From the IMG/VR virus record IMGVR_UViG_3300035695_000001, positions 50,139-114,138 of that record: a DNA stretch of 64,000 bases; one strand, 5' to 3'. Position 1 is the first letter of the stretch. Every line of letters starts with the position of its first letter. A program made the translations under genes and the position numbers. Under the pieces are notes generated by a model. That model saw only the letters and a program-made list of their open reading frames with translations. It made no database searches and was not told the DNA's origin. Of the stretch, positions 1 through 8,762 are shown one piece after another. The stretch is from a virus.

Positions 1-228
1 GGTGACGGTGGGACCGGCCTCCTCTACCCGTGTCCTGGCCCAGGGTCGGTGTGCGAGGCCGTTGGCGGTCAGCATGGCGTCTGCGACGTCAACAACGCCT
101 GCTGCTTCGGCTGCATCGCCGACGGTCTCGTCTGCGAGCCTGGGGACACCCCGAGCGCCTGCGGCTCGGATGCGACCTGCATGACGTGCTCGGCGGGTCA
201 GCAGTGCGTCCAGGGGGTGTGCAAGTGA
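1..228 (+). CDS. 5'-truncated Cys-rich protein, myxobacterial-type (first member of lipoprotein array)
   Basis: Frame 1 is open from base 1 to TGA at 226-228: GDGGTGLLYPCPGPGSVCEAVGGQHGVCDVNNACCFGC...CVQGVCK*. Not in the ORF track because it has no start in the window. Confidence 0.75.
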   Translation, partial: GDGGTGLLYPCPGPGSVCEAVGGQHGVCDVNNACCFGCIADGLVCEPGDTPSACGSDATCMTCSAGQQCVQGVCK

Positions 229-614
229 ACCGCCCCATCCTCGTGCTCTGCGCCGTCACCATGCTGCTCGTCGGAGCCTGCTCCGCTGGCGGGCTCCTCG
301 ACGTCACCACATCGTCTGGTGGCGGAGCAGGTACCGGCGGGGCTGCCGCCGACGCTGGGGCCGATGCACTCCCGTCTCCGTGCGCAGCGCAAGAGCCGAC
401 GTGCCCGACGGCTCCGCACGGGTCGGTGTGCAGGCTCATCCCTGGAGGACCCTGCGACGTCCTCGTCTGCGACCACGGCTGGAACGACTGCGATGGCAAC
501 ATCTTCCCCAACGGCTGCGAGACCAACGTCGACAGCGACCAACTCAACTGCGGCGCCTGCGACCACGCCTGTTCGCCGACGGTGGGCTCCTGCGTCCAAG
601 GGGGCTGCAAGTGA
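225..614 (+). CDS. Cys-rich lipoprotein, myxobacterial type
   Basis: GTG start overlaps the upstream TGA (GTGA). Signal peptide with lipobox LVGA-C, Gly/Ala linker with DAGADA, and the motif DCDGN..NGCETNVDSDQLNCGACDHAC typical of myxobacterial Cys-rich repeats. Confidence 0.8.
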   Translation: MNRPILVLCAVTMLLVGACSAGGLLDVTTSSGGGAGTGGAAADAGADALPSPCAAQEPTCPTAPHGSVCRLIPGGPCDVLVCDHGWNDCDGNIFPNGCETNVDSDQLNCGACDHACSPTVGSCVQGGCK

Positions 615-1090
615 GCCGCGCCATCTTCGCTACGCTCACTCTTGGGCTCGTCGCCGTCGGGTGCGGCGAGTTCCCCTGCGCCGACTCGAACACCGGCGGA
701 GACACCGGCGGAGCGCGAACGTGCCAGGACGGTGGCTGCCAGATTCCGCCTGCCGTCGCCGACATGCCCCCGTGCTCGTCGCTCGCCGACTGCGCCAAGT
801 ACCTGAGCCCCGGGCCGTGCGGCACGCTGGCCTGCGACGAGAGCGGAACCCTGGGGCTGCCACCAAACCCATACGTCCCGCCTGGCTGCTACATCCGGAT
901 CACTCCGGCGTGCGAGACCACCAGCAACATCGGCGGCCCGTGCTCGGTGGACTCCGACTGCCTCCCGATCAAGTGCTACACGCCTACCTGCATGGATGGC
1001 GTGTGCGACTCGCCGCCGGAACCTGCTGGCACCCCGTGCGACGCAGCATCGGTCTGCGACGGCGTAGGGCACTGCAAGCCGCAGGGCTGA
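611..1090 (+). CDS. Cys-rich lipoprotein, myxobacterial type
   Basis: GTG overlaps upstream TGA. Lipobox LVAVG-C; CxxxxDC repeats; C-terminal PAGTPCDAASVCDGVGHC. Confidence 0.8.
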   Translation: MSRAIFATLTLGLVAVGCGEFPCADSNTGGDTGGARTCQDGGCQIPPAVADMPPCSSLADCAKYLSPGPCGTLACDESGTLGLPPNPYVPPGCYIRITPACETTSNIGGPCSVDSDCLPIKCYTPTCMDGVCDSPPEPAGTPCDAASVCDGVGHCKPQG

Positions 1091-1097
1091 CCGACCG

Positions 1098-2219
1098 CTA
1101 CGCCTCGAAGACTGCCCATCCGACTACATCCCAGAGGATGATCAGCCCGACCAACACGGTCTCGATGGTGATGGCCTTGATCGTCCCGGCCGCTGGCGGG
1201 GCAAAGGCCGCGATGAGACCGCTCGCAGAATCCTTCAAGTTCACGCTCCCCGTGTTCTTCGTCTGGTAGGTTCCGGCGGCCCCGGCCGACACCTCCGTCC
1301 CAGGAACTACGAAGGTGCAGCGGACGCCCTCGTCGATTGGCCCGCCGCCAGGGGCGCCGACGTTCGGGTCCGAGAGCGTCACGTCATACGCAGCCCCAGA
1401 GTTGTGCAGCCACACCGTGTCGTATGCGTCCGCATGGAGATTGCCGCCGGGAGCGCTGGAGATGCTCACCGTGCGGTGAACGATGCCGGGCACGCCAGAC
1501 AGATGGATCGGCCCGTTCGCCCGGAGCGCAGCACCGATCCCAGCGGGTGTCGCCTGGATCGCGTCGCCGTTGGGCGCCCCACCGAAGAACTGGCCACCAG
1601 CCCCGGACGTGGCACCGCCCGTAAAGTAGCCGCCCGCGCCGCTCCCAAACCCAGTCCCCTCGCAGCCGTTGCTGTTGCCAGCCTGGCCGAAGAAAGACCC
1701 CCCAGGGCCTGACGTCGCGCCACCGACCCCAGTGACGCCTGAACCCGTCGCGCCGCCCACACCAGCCAGTCCAGCGCCGCTACCGTGGCCTGCGCCGAGC
1801 CAGCCGTAGTTGTTCCCGCCACCAGCCGCCGCAGCACCGCCAGGGGCGTTGCTAGCGCCCGTAGCCTGGAGACCCTCTCCAGTCGTGCCACCGCCGATGA
1901 AGTGGCCCCCCCACCCGTTCGCCGCCCCACCCGTGGAGACGGTGCCGTACGCGCCGCCATCACCCGTAGCGGTGACGCCTGGACGCCCAGACCCGGTCGC
2001 AGCGGGCGCGTCGAAGTAGGTGGCGGTGAACTGAGCGTCGACCTGCCAGCGCCCGCCGCCGCTCGGGAAGGCGAGCACGGAGGCCGGCGCGAGCGCGTAC
2101 GTCCCGCCCTGCAAGCCATCCACAGCGCTGGCCATCACGACCCGCCAGGTATTGATGACCGACGCGGGGATGGTACTCACCCCGTCGATGGCGGGAACCT
2201 GGGGGGTCAAGCCGAACAT
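1098..2219 (-). CDS. Gly-rich tail fibre / receptor-binding protein
   Basis: Last gene of the tail operon; periodic GGxFxGG / GxGxxGxG repeats followed by a C-terminal beta-rich domain. Confidence 0.65.
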   Translation of the reverse strand: MFGLTPQVPAIDGVSTIPASVINTWRVVMASAVDGLQGGTYALAPASVLAFPSGGGRWQVDAQFTATYFDAPAATGSGRPGVTATGDGGAYGTVSTGGAANGWGGHFIGGGTTGEGLQATGASNAPGGAAAAGGGNNYGWLGAGHGSGAGLAGVGGATGSGVTGVGGATSGPGGSFFGQAGNSNGCEGTGFGSGAGGYFTGGATSGAGGQFFGGAPNGDAIQATPAGIGAALRANGPIHLSGVPGIVHRTVSISSAPGGNLHADAYDTVWLHNSGAAYDVTLSDPNVGAPGGGPIDEGVRCTFVVPGTEVSAGAAGTYQTKNTGSVNLKDSASGLIAAFAPPAAGTIKAITIETVLVGLIILWDVVGWAVFEA

Positions 2220-2239
2220 GCTGTAGTCCTATCTGCGCG

Positions 2240-3115
2240 TCAGAAGACGTTGGGGAAAGGCGTTGGCGGCGCGAGCATCCTTGCAAACTGGTACGCGCGG
2301 TCGCTGCGCCTCGACACGTAGCAATCGACCTGCTGGAGGATCCGGTAGAGCGAGTCGGGCGTGGCCAGCCCGAGCCCCGACAGCCCGGGAAGGAGCGCAC
2401 TGATCGCTGGCGTGTTCAGGGCCAACTGGATCGTGCCCGACTTGAGCGGGTCAGGCTGCGTCACGAGGAGCGGCTGGTTGCTCCAGTAGTACGGCGTCAC
2501 GTTGTCGGGCCGCATGTACCAGCCGACCTCTCGACGAAGGCTCACCCAGAAGTCGAAGTCCGACGTGAATGGGGTCCCGTCTGCCGCGCCTCCGTTGCAG
2601 GTGATCGAGATCGGCCAGACGTTGTCGCCTGGGCTCAGTTCAGACGGGATGAGAAGCGGGCCGTTGATCCCCACCAGCCCGCCAGAGAAGACGTGGCCCC
2701 CCTGGGTCGTGAGGACCAGCGTGCTCGTCGGGTAGCCCCACCCGCTCTTCCGCAGGTTGCTGGCCCTGTCGGAGAAGGTGCCATCCGCCTGCTGGGGGCC
2801 CGGCCAGGTGGGCAGGCCGTCGAGAGCCACCAAGAGCCTGCGGACGACCCCGCCGGAGATGTAGGCGTTGGCGTAGGGGACGGGGATCGTGAAGGTGTTC
2901 GCCCCCGTCACCGTGACCTGGAAGAAGCCGTTGGCCTCCCCGGTGCCGACGATCTCCGAGATGTCGACCCAGTCGCCCGTGGTCCGCCCGTGAGCGATCG
3001 AGGTCTGGACCTGGACCAGCCCGCCAACGCTCGACGTGCCGACGACGCCCCCGCCGACAGCCGTACCTGGCTGCCGAAAGAAGGCGCGAGCCTGAGCATA
3101 TGTCGAGCAGATCAT
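2240..3115 (-). CDS. Tail/baseplate-associated protein with E1-FCCH-like beta domain
   Basis: Start re-called at MICSTY (ATGA overlap with the upstream stop). Segment VQVQTSIAHGRTTGDWVDISEIVGTGEANGFFQVTVTGANTF resembles the FCCH-like domain common in virion proteins. Confidence 0.6.
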   Translation of the reverse strand: MICSTYAQARAFFRQPGTAVGGGVVGTSSVGGLVQVQTSIAHGRTTGDWVDISEIVGTGEANGFFQVTVTGANTFTIPVPYANAYISGGVVRRLLVALDGLPTWPGPQQADGTFSDRASNLRKSGWGYPTSTLVLTTQGGHVFSGGLVGINGPLLIPSELSPGDNVWPISITCNGGAADGTPFTSDFDFWVSLRREVGWYMRPDNVTPYYWSNQPLLVTQPDPLKSGTIQLALNTPAISALLPGLSGLGLATPDSLYRILQQVDCYVSRRSDRAYQFARMLAPPTPFPNVF

Positions 3116-3906
3116 GCGGCTGCGTCGGTCGGCTTCGCGTCGGGATCCGGGTTGATGACGGTGGACGGCGGCACGGTCTGCTGAGCGCCCCACACCTCGG
3201 CGATGCAGGCGGCGCATGGCCGGCACACCGGGACGGGCTTCGTGACGTTGTGGGCCAGCGAGACGGGCACGGTCGTCGACCCCTTGCCGGGCGGGTCGAC
3301 CTTCGTGGCCACGCACCGCGAGCAGAGCGCCCCCTCGACGACGGGGGACTTGGCCTCCCGATCGTCTGGCGAGAGCGACATCCACTCGGCCAGCGTCAGC
3401 GGCGGGGCCTCCGGAGCGGCGATGAGAGCGATGGGCGCGTCCACGACGCGGAGCACACGCACGTCTGGCACGTCGCGGTGGTCGGTCGAGTTGACGGCGA
3501 ACGCCCAGAGGCTCTCTCCGTTCGTCACCCCGGCAGCCTTGATCCCGGCGTCGAGTTGCTGGCGTGTGAGGCCGAACATCTGGCCGTACTGCTCCAACCG
3601 GAGCGCGATCACGGCGGGCGCGGTCATGCACCTCGACGCGCCTGGCCAGCGGTCCTCGATGATCCTGCTCCCGACCGGATCGTCCGGCGTGGCGATGAGC
3701 AGGATCGGGTCGGCGCCGGTGCGATCGATGTGCTCCGCGCGTCGGGCCATGGCGACGGCGAACGCCTCGCGGGCCGCACCGATGAGCCGCCCCTCGGGCC
3801 CCCTCGGCGTCTGCGGGACCGTCGATGGGTCCAGTACGAAAGCTCCGCCTGGGTTCGAGAAGGTGAGGAGCGTGGTGTGGGTCTTGGGGTCGTCCATGCC
3901 GGTCAT
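3112..3906 (-). CDS. Hypothetical protein with C-terminal CxxC...CxxC motif
   Basis: 264-aa ORF with CSRC and CRPC. A TAGCAT -10-like box lies 7 nt before the second ATG (MDDPK), so the real start may be there. Confidence 0.6.
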   Translation of the reverse strand: MTGMDDPKTHTTLLTFSNPGGAFVLDPSTVPQTPRGPEGRLIGAAREAFAVAMARRAEHIDRTGADPILLIATPDDPVGSRIIEDRWPGASRCMTAPAVIALRLEQYGQMFGLTRQQLDAGIKAAGVTNGESLWAFAVNSTDHRDVPDVRVLRVVDAPIALIAAPEAPPLTLAEWMSLSPDDREAKSPVVEGALCSRCVATKVDPPGKGSTTVPVSLAHNVTKPVPVCRPCAACIAEVWGAQQTVPPSTVINPDPDAKPTDAAA

Positions 3907-3912
3907 GCTACC

Positions 3913-4587
3913 TCAGTGGACTCCGGGGAGCGTAGGCTGCTCGACGACCTTATTGGCCTTGGGCTTCTTCGGCTTGCGCTTTAGCGTCGACGGAGGCTCC
4001 GCGCCGTGGAGCACGGACCATTTCTCGACGTAGTCCGCCGCAGCGCGAAGGACCATAGAGTCGTCGCGCATGGCCCCGACGCCGAAGTTGCACAGGTGAC
4101 ACAGGAGCGCTCGCACCTTGCCAGTTACGTGGTCATGGTCGACAGACAGTCGTCCCTTGCTTCTTTTGTTTTGGCACGGCTTATGGCAAATCGCGCACAC
4201 GCCGTTCTGTGCGACGACCATCGCGTCATACTGCTCTGCGGTGAGGCCAAATTTACGACGGAGATGGCCGGCGCGAGCTGTCGCAGTATACGCTTCTTTC
4301 CTATCGTTCCTGTTCTTTGCCGACTTCTCGGCCTGCTTCTTCCTGAATTCGGCCAGTTCTTGTTCAGACATTCGCGCGATACGCGCTTCGCGACACTTCC
4401 TTTGTCTCTCTGGGCTCTGTGAACGACGCTTCGCGTCGGCGGTCCTCCCGTGGGACAGAACCTTGTCCTTGTTACGGCCGCGCCACTCTTTTGTGGAATC
4501 CTGGATGGCCTGGTACCTTGCCGGGTCCGCTTGTGCTGTTCGCCGTCGCTGTTTCCCTGACTTAGACAGTTCGTTGAATGGTTTCAT
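3913..4587 (-). CDS. Free-standing endonuclease VII-family (His-Me) nuclease, probable homing endonuclease
   Basis: KFGLTAEQYDAMVVAQNGVCAICH...LSVDHDHVTGKVRALLCHLCNFGVG...AAADY is the Endo VII signature. Visibly lower GC than the flanks; own TG-G-TACCAT box upstream. Confidence 0.9.
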   Translation of the reverse strand: MKPFNELSKSGKQRRRTAQADPARYQAIQDSTKEWRGRNKDKVLSHGRTADAKRRSQSPERQRKCREARIARMSEQELAEFRKKQAEKSAKNRNDRKEAYTATARAGHLRRKFGLTAEQYDAMVVAQNGVCAICHKPCQNKRSKGRLSVDHDHVTGKVRALLCHLCNFGVGAMRDDSMVLRAAADYVEKWSVLHGAEPPSTLKRKPKKPKANKVVEQPTLPGVH

Positions 4588-4612
4588 TGTCCGATGGTAC
4601 CACGGCGTACGG

Positions 4613-5251
4613 TCAAATTCCAGTCAGCCCGACAGTGCCAATCCCGGCTACGAAACCACTACTAGACACGGTAATGATGGCTACGTCCCATGCCGGCAAG
4701 ACGAGTTTGAGTCTGAGACATAGCCTCCTCTTGAGGTCATCCAGAGCCGATGAGACAAGTCCAGTAGCGTTAATTTTTACGCCCAAGAGGTTCGACGTTC
4801 CGCTCCATCCGTACCCCGCGGGCCCTGGGTTCAAGCCGGGGGCGTACACGATCGGCGATGCTGCCGCCGTGAGCCCAACGAAGGCCGAGCCCGCAATGGC
4901 CTGGCACGCATCCTCGATCGCCGCCAGCGCGTTGGACGAGAGCCCAGCGAAGCACGCTGCCACGGCCCCGCGCCGGTCGTTGTCGCTCGTCCCTGGCAGG
5001 ACCGAGAGCGAGCACGCCTCCTCGAAGACGGGGAGGCTCTCCATCATCTTTGGGGGGCACAGGAGCCCCTTGAGCCGCTCGTCGCATGCCCAGACGTTGG
5101 ACAGCATGATGGCCTCGGCGTGGCACATCGCGACATGAAGCGGGTCTGTCGGGTCGAGCAGCGAAGCATCGAGCAGCGCCTGCTTCTCCTGCTGGACGAC
5201 GCTGGGGCCGCCGCCCAAGCGCATCGCGAGGGGTGTCCCTAGACCAGCCAT
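4613..5251 (-). CDS. Baseplate wedge protein (Mu gp48/YmfQ-like)
   Basis: Position after baseplate J; pattern ESLPVFEEACSLSVLPGTSDNDRRGAVAA and C-terminal LKLVLPAW. Confidence 0.65.
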   Translation of the reverse strand: MAGLGTPLAMRLGGGPSVVQQEKQALLDASLLDPTDPLHVAMCHAEAIMLSNVWACDERLKGLLCPPKMMESLPVFEEACSLSVLPGTSDNDRRGAVAACFAGLSSNALAAIEDACQAIAGSAFVGLTAAASPIVYAPGLNPGPAGYGWSGTSNLLGVKINATGLVSSALDDLKRRLCLRLKLVLPAWDVAIITVSSSGFVAGIGTVGLTGI

Positions 5252-5254
5252 CGC

Positions 5255-5998
5255 TCAGCCCCCCACGACGAAGACGTTGGTGCCCACCGGGAGGTCGACC
5301 GGCACAGGGCGGTAGTATTCGACGCCACCCCCACCACCGTAAGCGTTGGCGAAGGTCGAGCCCTGGAGGTCGATGTGCGTGCCGTCAATCACGGTCACCT
5401 TCCACACGTTGTTGGCCTCGACGGTCCCGGTCACGTCGACCACTACCACGTAGTAGCCGGTGACCAGGTTCGCCGTCGAGGACACGGTCAGCCGGATCAG
5501 TCCGGACCCGTTGTTGGCGGCGCCGGAGATCGACAGCCCGCTCGCAGCGGCCACCATGACCGTGATCGAGACCGAGATGACGTTCCCGGCCCGCGTCGTG
5601 GTCATCGTCACTGGGAACGGCATCCCGTCGACGTAAGCGAACGACCAGCGGAAGTTGACGACCTCCAGTTGGCTGTTCGGCACGCTATTGGCCCAGATCC
5701 CAGGCCCCAGGATCGACGTCGGCAGGGCCTCCACCGTGTAGGTCCCCACCCCTGTCCTGGTGGCCACCATCCAGTTCGACGGGCCCGTTCCCCACTCGGC
5801 CGAGCCGTCTGCGGGCGTCGAAACGCCGCTGGCGACCGTCGGGAATCTGAGCCACGCGCGCCTGGTCGTGAGCGACATCTGGGCGACCGAGTCGAACGCC
5901 CGATTGACCTGCGCGGCGGATAGGTCGGTCTGGACGTTAGCGACGATCACGGCATCGCGCATTGGGATGCCGTAGGTCCCGGGGCTCTGGGCTTCCAT
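5255..5998 (-). CDS. Baseplate/tail protein with E1-FCCH-like domain
   Basis: ISGAANNGSGLIRLTVSSTANLVTGYYVVVVDVTGTVEANNVWKVTVIDGTHIDLQGSTF; lies within the baseplate cluster. Confidence 0.6.
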   Translation of the reverse strand: MEAQSPGTYGIPMRDAVIVANVQTDLSAAQVNRAFDSVAQMSLTTRRAWLRFPTVASGVSTPADGSAEWGTGPSNWMVATRTGVGTYTVEALPTSILGPGIWANSVPNSQLEVVNFRWSFAYVDGMPFPVTMTTTRAGNVISVSITVMVAAASGLSISGAANNGSGLIRLTVSSTANLVTGYYVVVVDVTGTVEANNVWKVTVIDGTHIDLQGSTFANAYGGGGGVEYYRPVPVDLPVGTNVFVVGG

Positions 5999-6013
5999 TG
6001 GTCGACGCTGCTC

Positions 6014-7573
6014 CTAAAGTTGCCTGAAGGCGAGGGAGCCAGAGAGCCCAGTCGCAGGGACGGCTCCGGCCAGGGTGATGACGAGTGGCGGGTCCCCAGT
6101 CGTGTCTGGGATCTGCGGCGTCGACTGCGCCGTGCTGGTCCCGGCGAGGTTGACCTGCGAGAGCGAGAAGTCCTCAATCTCAGCGTATGAGTTTGCAAGG
6201 ATCCCCAGCATTTTAGTGGTGACTCCGCTAGGCACGCCGTTGGTGATGTCGGCCGCTGGCTGCCGGCTCGCCAGCGGGAGCAATTCGGGGAGCGCCGTGA
6301 TCTCACCGGGGCCGAGTTTCTGGACCTGCGCGGCGACGTTCCGCGCGTAGGAGACGAGGTTGATCGCGCCGGCCGAGATGTAGACCCGGCACCCCGCGTT
6401 GACGATCGTCGTGAGCCATGCGGGGTAGGCCCCCTGGACCGTGATGCTGAAGTTGGGCCACGACCCAAGCACGGTCGCGATGTTGAACTCGCGCATGGTC
6501 CCCATGACGTGAGGGGTCACCGACGTGTCGAGCGTGGTCGGGTCCCAGATCCCGATGCTGGTCCCGACCACGGGGGCAGAGACCTGGCTCCCGGCCAGTG
6601 AGTGCGTCTGGATCGTGACCCCGAAGGCGATCCCGGTGACGTAGACGTCCTCCGCCGGCCACGGAGCCTGGTCTCTCCACCCGCCTCCGTTCCCTGCGCC
6701 GAGCGGGAGCGGGAGCGTCAGAGCCGCCACCACGTCTGTCGGTTGGATGGTGCAGGAGTTGACCGTGATCCGCTCCTGCCCGGGGAAGGCGGCGGCGAGG
6801 GCCCCGCGCACGACGTTCAGGGTGGGGGTGTTGAGAGTGCGGACCGGGCCGGCTTGGGTGCAGGCCACGGCGAAGGAGCCGGCCCCTCCGTTCGCGGCGT
6901 AGCAGTAGGCCGCCTCGACGGCCGCCGTGGCGTTCTCCGCGACCTCGACGACCATGGGCCAGTTGCCGCCCACGGGGGCCGCCGCGAGCCTCTGGAGGAG
7001 GCTGGCGCGGAGTTGGTCGTTCCCGTCTGCCGCGTACCCATCGGTGATCCCGCTCCCATCGACGACCCCGGTACGGGCGAGCGCCCCGATGGCCGCGCTG
7101 TCCCAGGTGAAGATCGCGCCAGCCTGGGCGTCGCCTCCTGGCCCGCCGGAGATGCAGGTGACGGGGACCGATGCGCCGGTGGCGAATGTCCCGCCCCCAG
7201 TCGCCCCAGTCGTGTACCGCTGGGCGCCGATCGTCCCTGTGAAGTTCGGAGGGATCGTGACGGTGCCGGAGCAGGTGATCGTGATCCCGCCGCTGGCGTT
7301 GCTCGCCGGACGTGGGGCGACCCCGAAGACGGCGGCCAGGGCGATGAGATCGTCCCCCGTCGCGGTGAGCGGGTTGGACTGGGCCAGGCTGATCTGGTTG
7401 TTGGCGATGGCCTGCGCCACCCGCTGCGTGATGGCGACGCCGCGGTTGTAGCAGTCGCTCCCGACCCCAGTCTCGACCGTGAGCCCGCCCGAGTAGACGT
7501 AGTAGGCGTACCGGAGCGCATCGAGGTACGTGGCGAGCAACTGGCTCGGGGTCGGGTACGCGGTCTGCACCAT
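6014..7573 (-). CDS. Baseplate J-like protein (P2 gpJ / Mu gp47)
   Basis: PLTATGDDLIALAAVFGVAPRPASNASG, DGYAADGNDQLRASLLQRL, VEAAYCY; size and synteny fit. Confidence 0.9.
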   Translation of the reverse strand: MVQTAYPTPSQLLATYLDALRYAYYVYSGGLTVETGVGSDCYNRGVAITQRVAQAIANNQISLAQSNPLTATGDDLIALAAVFGVAPRPASNASGGITITCSGTVTIPPNFTGTIGAQRYTTGATGGGTFATGASVPVTCISGGPGGDAQAGAIFTWDSAAIGALARTGVVDGSGITDGYAADGNDQLRASLLQRLAAAPVGGNWPMVVEVAENATAAVEAAYCYAANGGAGSFAVACTQAGPVRTLNTPTLNVVRGALAAAFPGQERITVNSCTIQPTDVVAALTLPLPLGAGNGGGWRDQAPWPAEDVYVTGIAFGVTIQTHSLAGSQVSAPVVGTSIGIWDPTTLDTSVTPHVMGTMREFNIATVLGSWPNFSITVQGAYPAWLTTIVNAGCRVYISAGAINLVSYARNVAAQVQKLGPGEITALPELLPLASRQPAADITNGVPSGVTTKMLGILANSYAEIEDFSLSQVNLAGTSTAQSTPQIPDTTGDPPLVITLAGAVPATGLSGSLAFRQL

Positions 7574-7575
7574 GG

Positions 7576-8019
7576 CTACAACGTCACCGTATCCGCCGCG
7601 CTGGTGCGCAGGTTGAAGAACTTGATCGAGCGGATCACGGTCTGGTGCCCGTCGTCGGTCACGGTGACGACCACGTCCTTGATCGCCCCCTCCTTGACCA
7701 TGCCTTGCAGGGCCGTGATGTACGCCTGGCGCTGTTGCTCCAGTGCCGCCGCGTAGATGATCGGGATGGGGATCTCCGCCGCCTGGCAGGTGAGGATGAC
7801 CCGCTGCGCGGTCCCGTCCATGCCCACGAGGTTCCCCGACGGGTCGACCACGTACCGGAGCGTTCGCTGGTCAGGGACAGAGCCTGGGGCCATCAGCGCG
7901 CCGGGCCCGCGGTCCTGGACGAGCAGGGCCCTCGACGCCTTCACCGATGGGGCGACGAGCGTGATCGTGCCGCCACCGGCCGGGCCTGACCCTGCGGGGA
8001 AGGAGCCTACGCCGCCCAT
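7576..8019 (-). CDS. Baseplate wedge / sheath initiator (gp25/Mu gp46-like)
   Basis: 147 aa between spike and baseplate J; ALQGMVKEGAIKDVVVTV. Confidence 0.6.
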   Translation of the reverse strand: MGGVGSFPAGSGPAGGGTITLVAPSVKASRALLVQDRGPGALMAPGSVPDQRTLRYVVDPSGNLVGMDGTAQRVILTCQAAEIPIPIIYAAALEQQRQAYITALQGMVKEGAIKDVVVTVTDDGHQTVIRSIKFFNLRTSAADTVTL

Positions 8020-8036
8020 CAGCTACACCGCTCCCT

Positions 8037-8762
8037 TCATGGGACGACCAGCGGCACGAGGTTGACCAGGATGCCAGCGGGGGCCCCTAGACTCGGCGTC
8101 GTGGTGATCGCGATGGTGCCGCCAGGCAGGAAGGCGATGACGCAGTTCCCAGGCGGGGTCGTCGAGGTGAAGGAGAGCGTCAGACCGGCGGCGGACACGT
8201 TGACGGCCCCCGAGTTACCAGCGCCATCGGTGTAGGTGGCCGCGAGCGACGTCGGCGAGGCTTCCACCGTCACGTCGCCCGTCTGGGCCGTGATGGTGCC
8301 GGCCGCCTTGTCGAGCACCAAGGACGCACCCCCTGCCTTGGCGCTGACCTGCTTCGCAGTCGCGTCCAGTTCGACGTGGAGGTCCGCGTCCGTCTTGCTG
8401 TAGAGCCCGACCTTGTCGGCGCCCGTCGCGTCGAGCCACGCGAAGGCGTTGGCGTTCAGGCTGGTGATGACACGGTCCGACGAGCCGATCGTGAAGTTCG
8501 CATTGGCCAGCGCTTGCAGTTCCCTGTCATCGCGGGCCGCGATTCCGATCCGGTCGTCCCCGAGCGTCATCTGGACGACGCCAGCGCTCCCCCCTTGGGT
8601 GTCCGCTGGCGCAGGACCACCGTAGAACCCGAGCGACGCGAACATCGGCGCCTCTGCCGCAACGCCGGTTCCGTCGCTGGTGTCGCCGAGGTTCGGGGTC
8701 GCCCCGTCGTCCTCCGACGTGGCCGTGACGCCAAGGATCTCGAAGTCATAGTCGTTGACCAT
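8037..8762 (-). CDS. Baseplate spike (Mu gp45 / P2 gpV-like)
   Basis: N-terminal OB-like region (MFASLGFYGGPAP...IAARDDR) followed by short beta repeats; synteny. Confidence 0.7.
   Translation of the reverse strand: MVNDYDFEILGVTATSEDDGATPNLGDTSDGTGVAAEAPMFASLGFYGGPAPADTQGGSAGVVQMTLGDDRIGIAARDDRELQALANANFTIGSSDRVITSLNANAFAWLDATGADKVGLYSKTDADLHVELDATAKQVSAKAGGASLVLDKAAGTITAQTGDVTVEASPTSLAATYTDGAGNSGAVNVSAAGLTLSFTSTTPPGNCVIAFLPGGTIAITTTPSLGAPAGILVNLVPLVVP

Noticed and set aside
1-2219. Diversity-generating retroelement acting on the fibre or lipoproteins
   Set aside because: No reverse transcriptase and no template/variable repeat pair with adenine-specific differences seen in the window.
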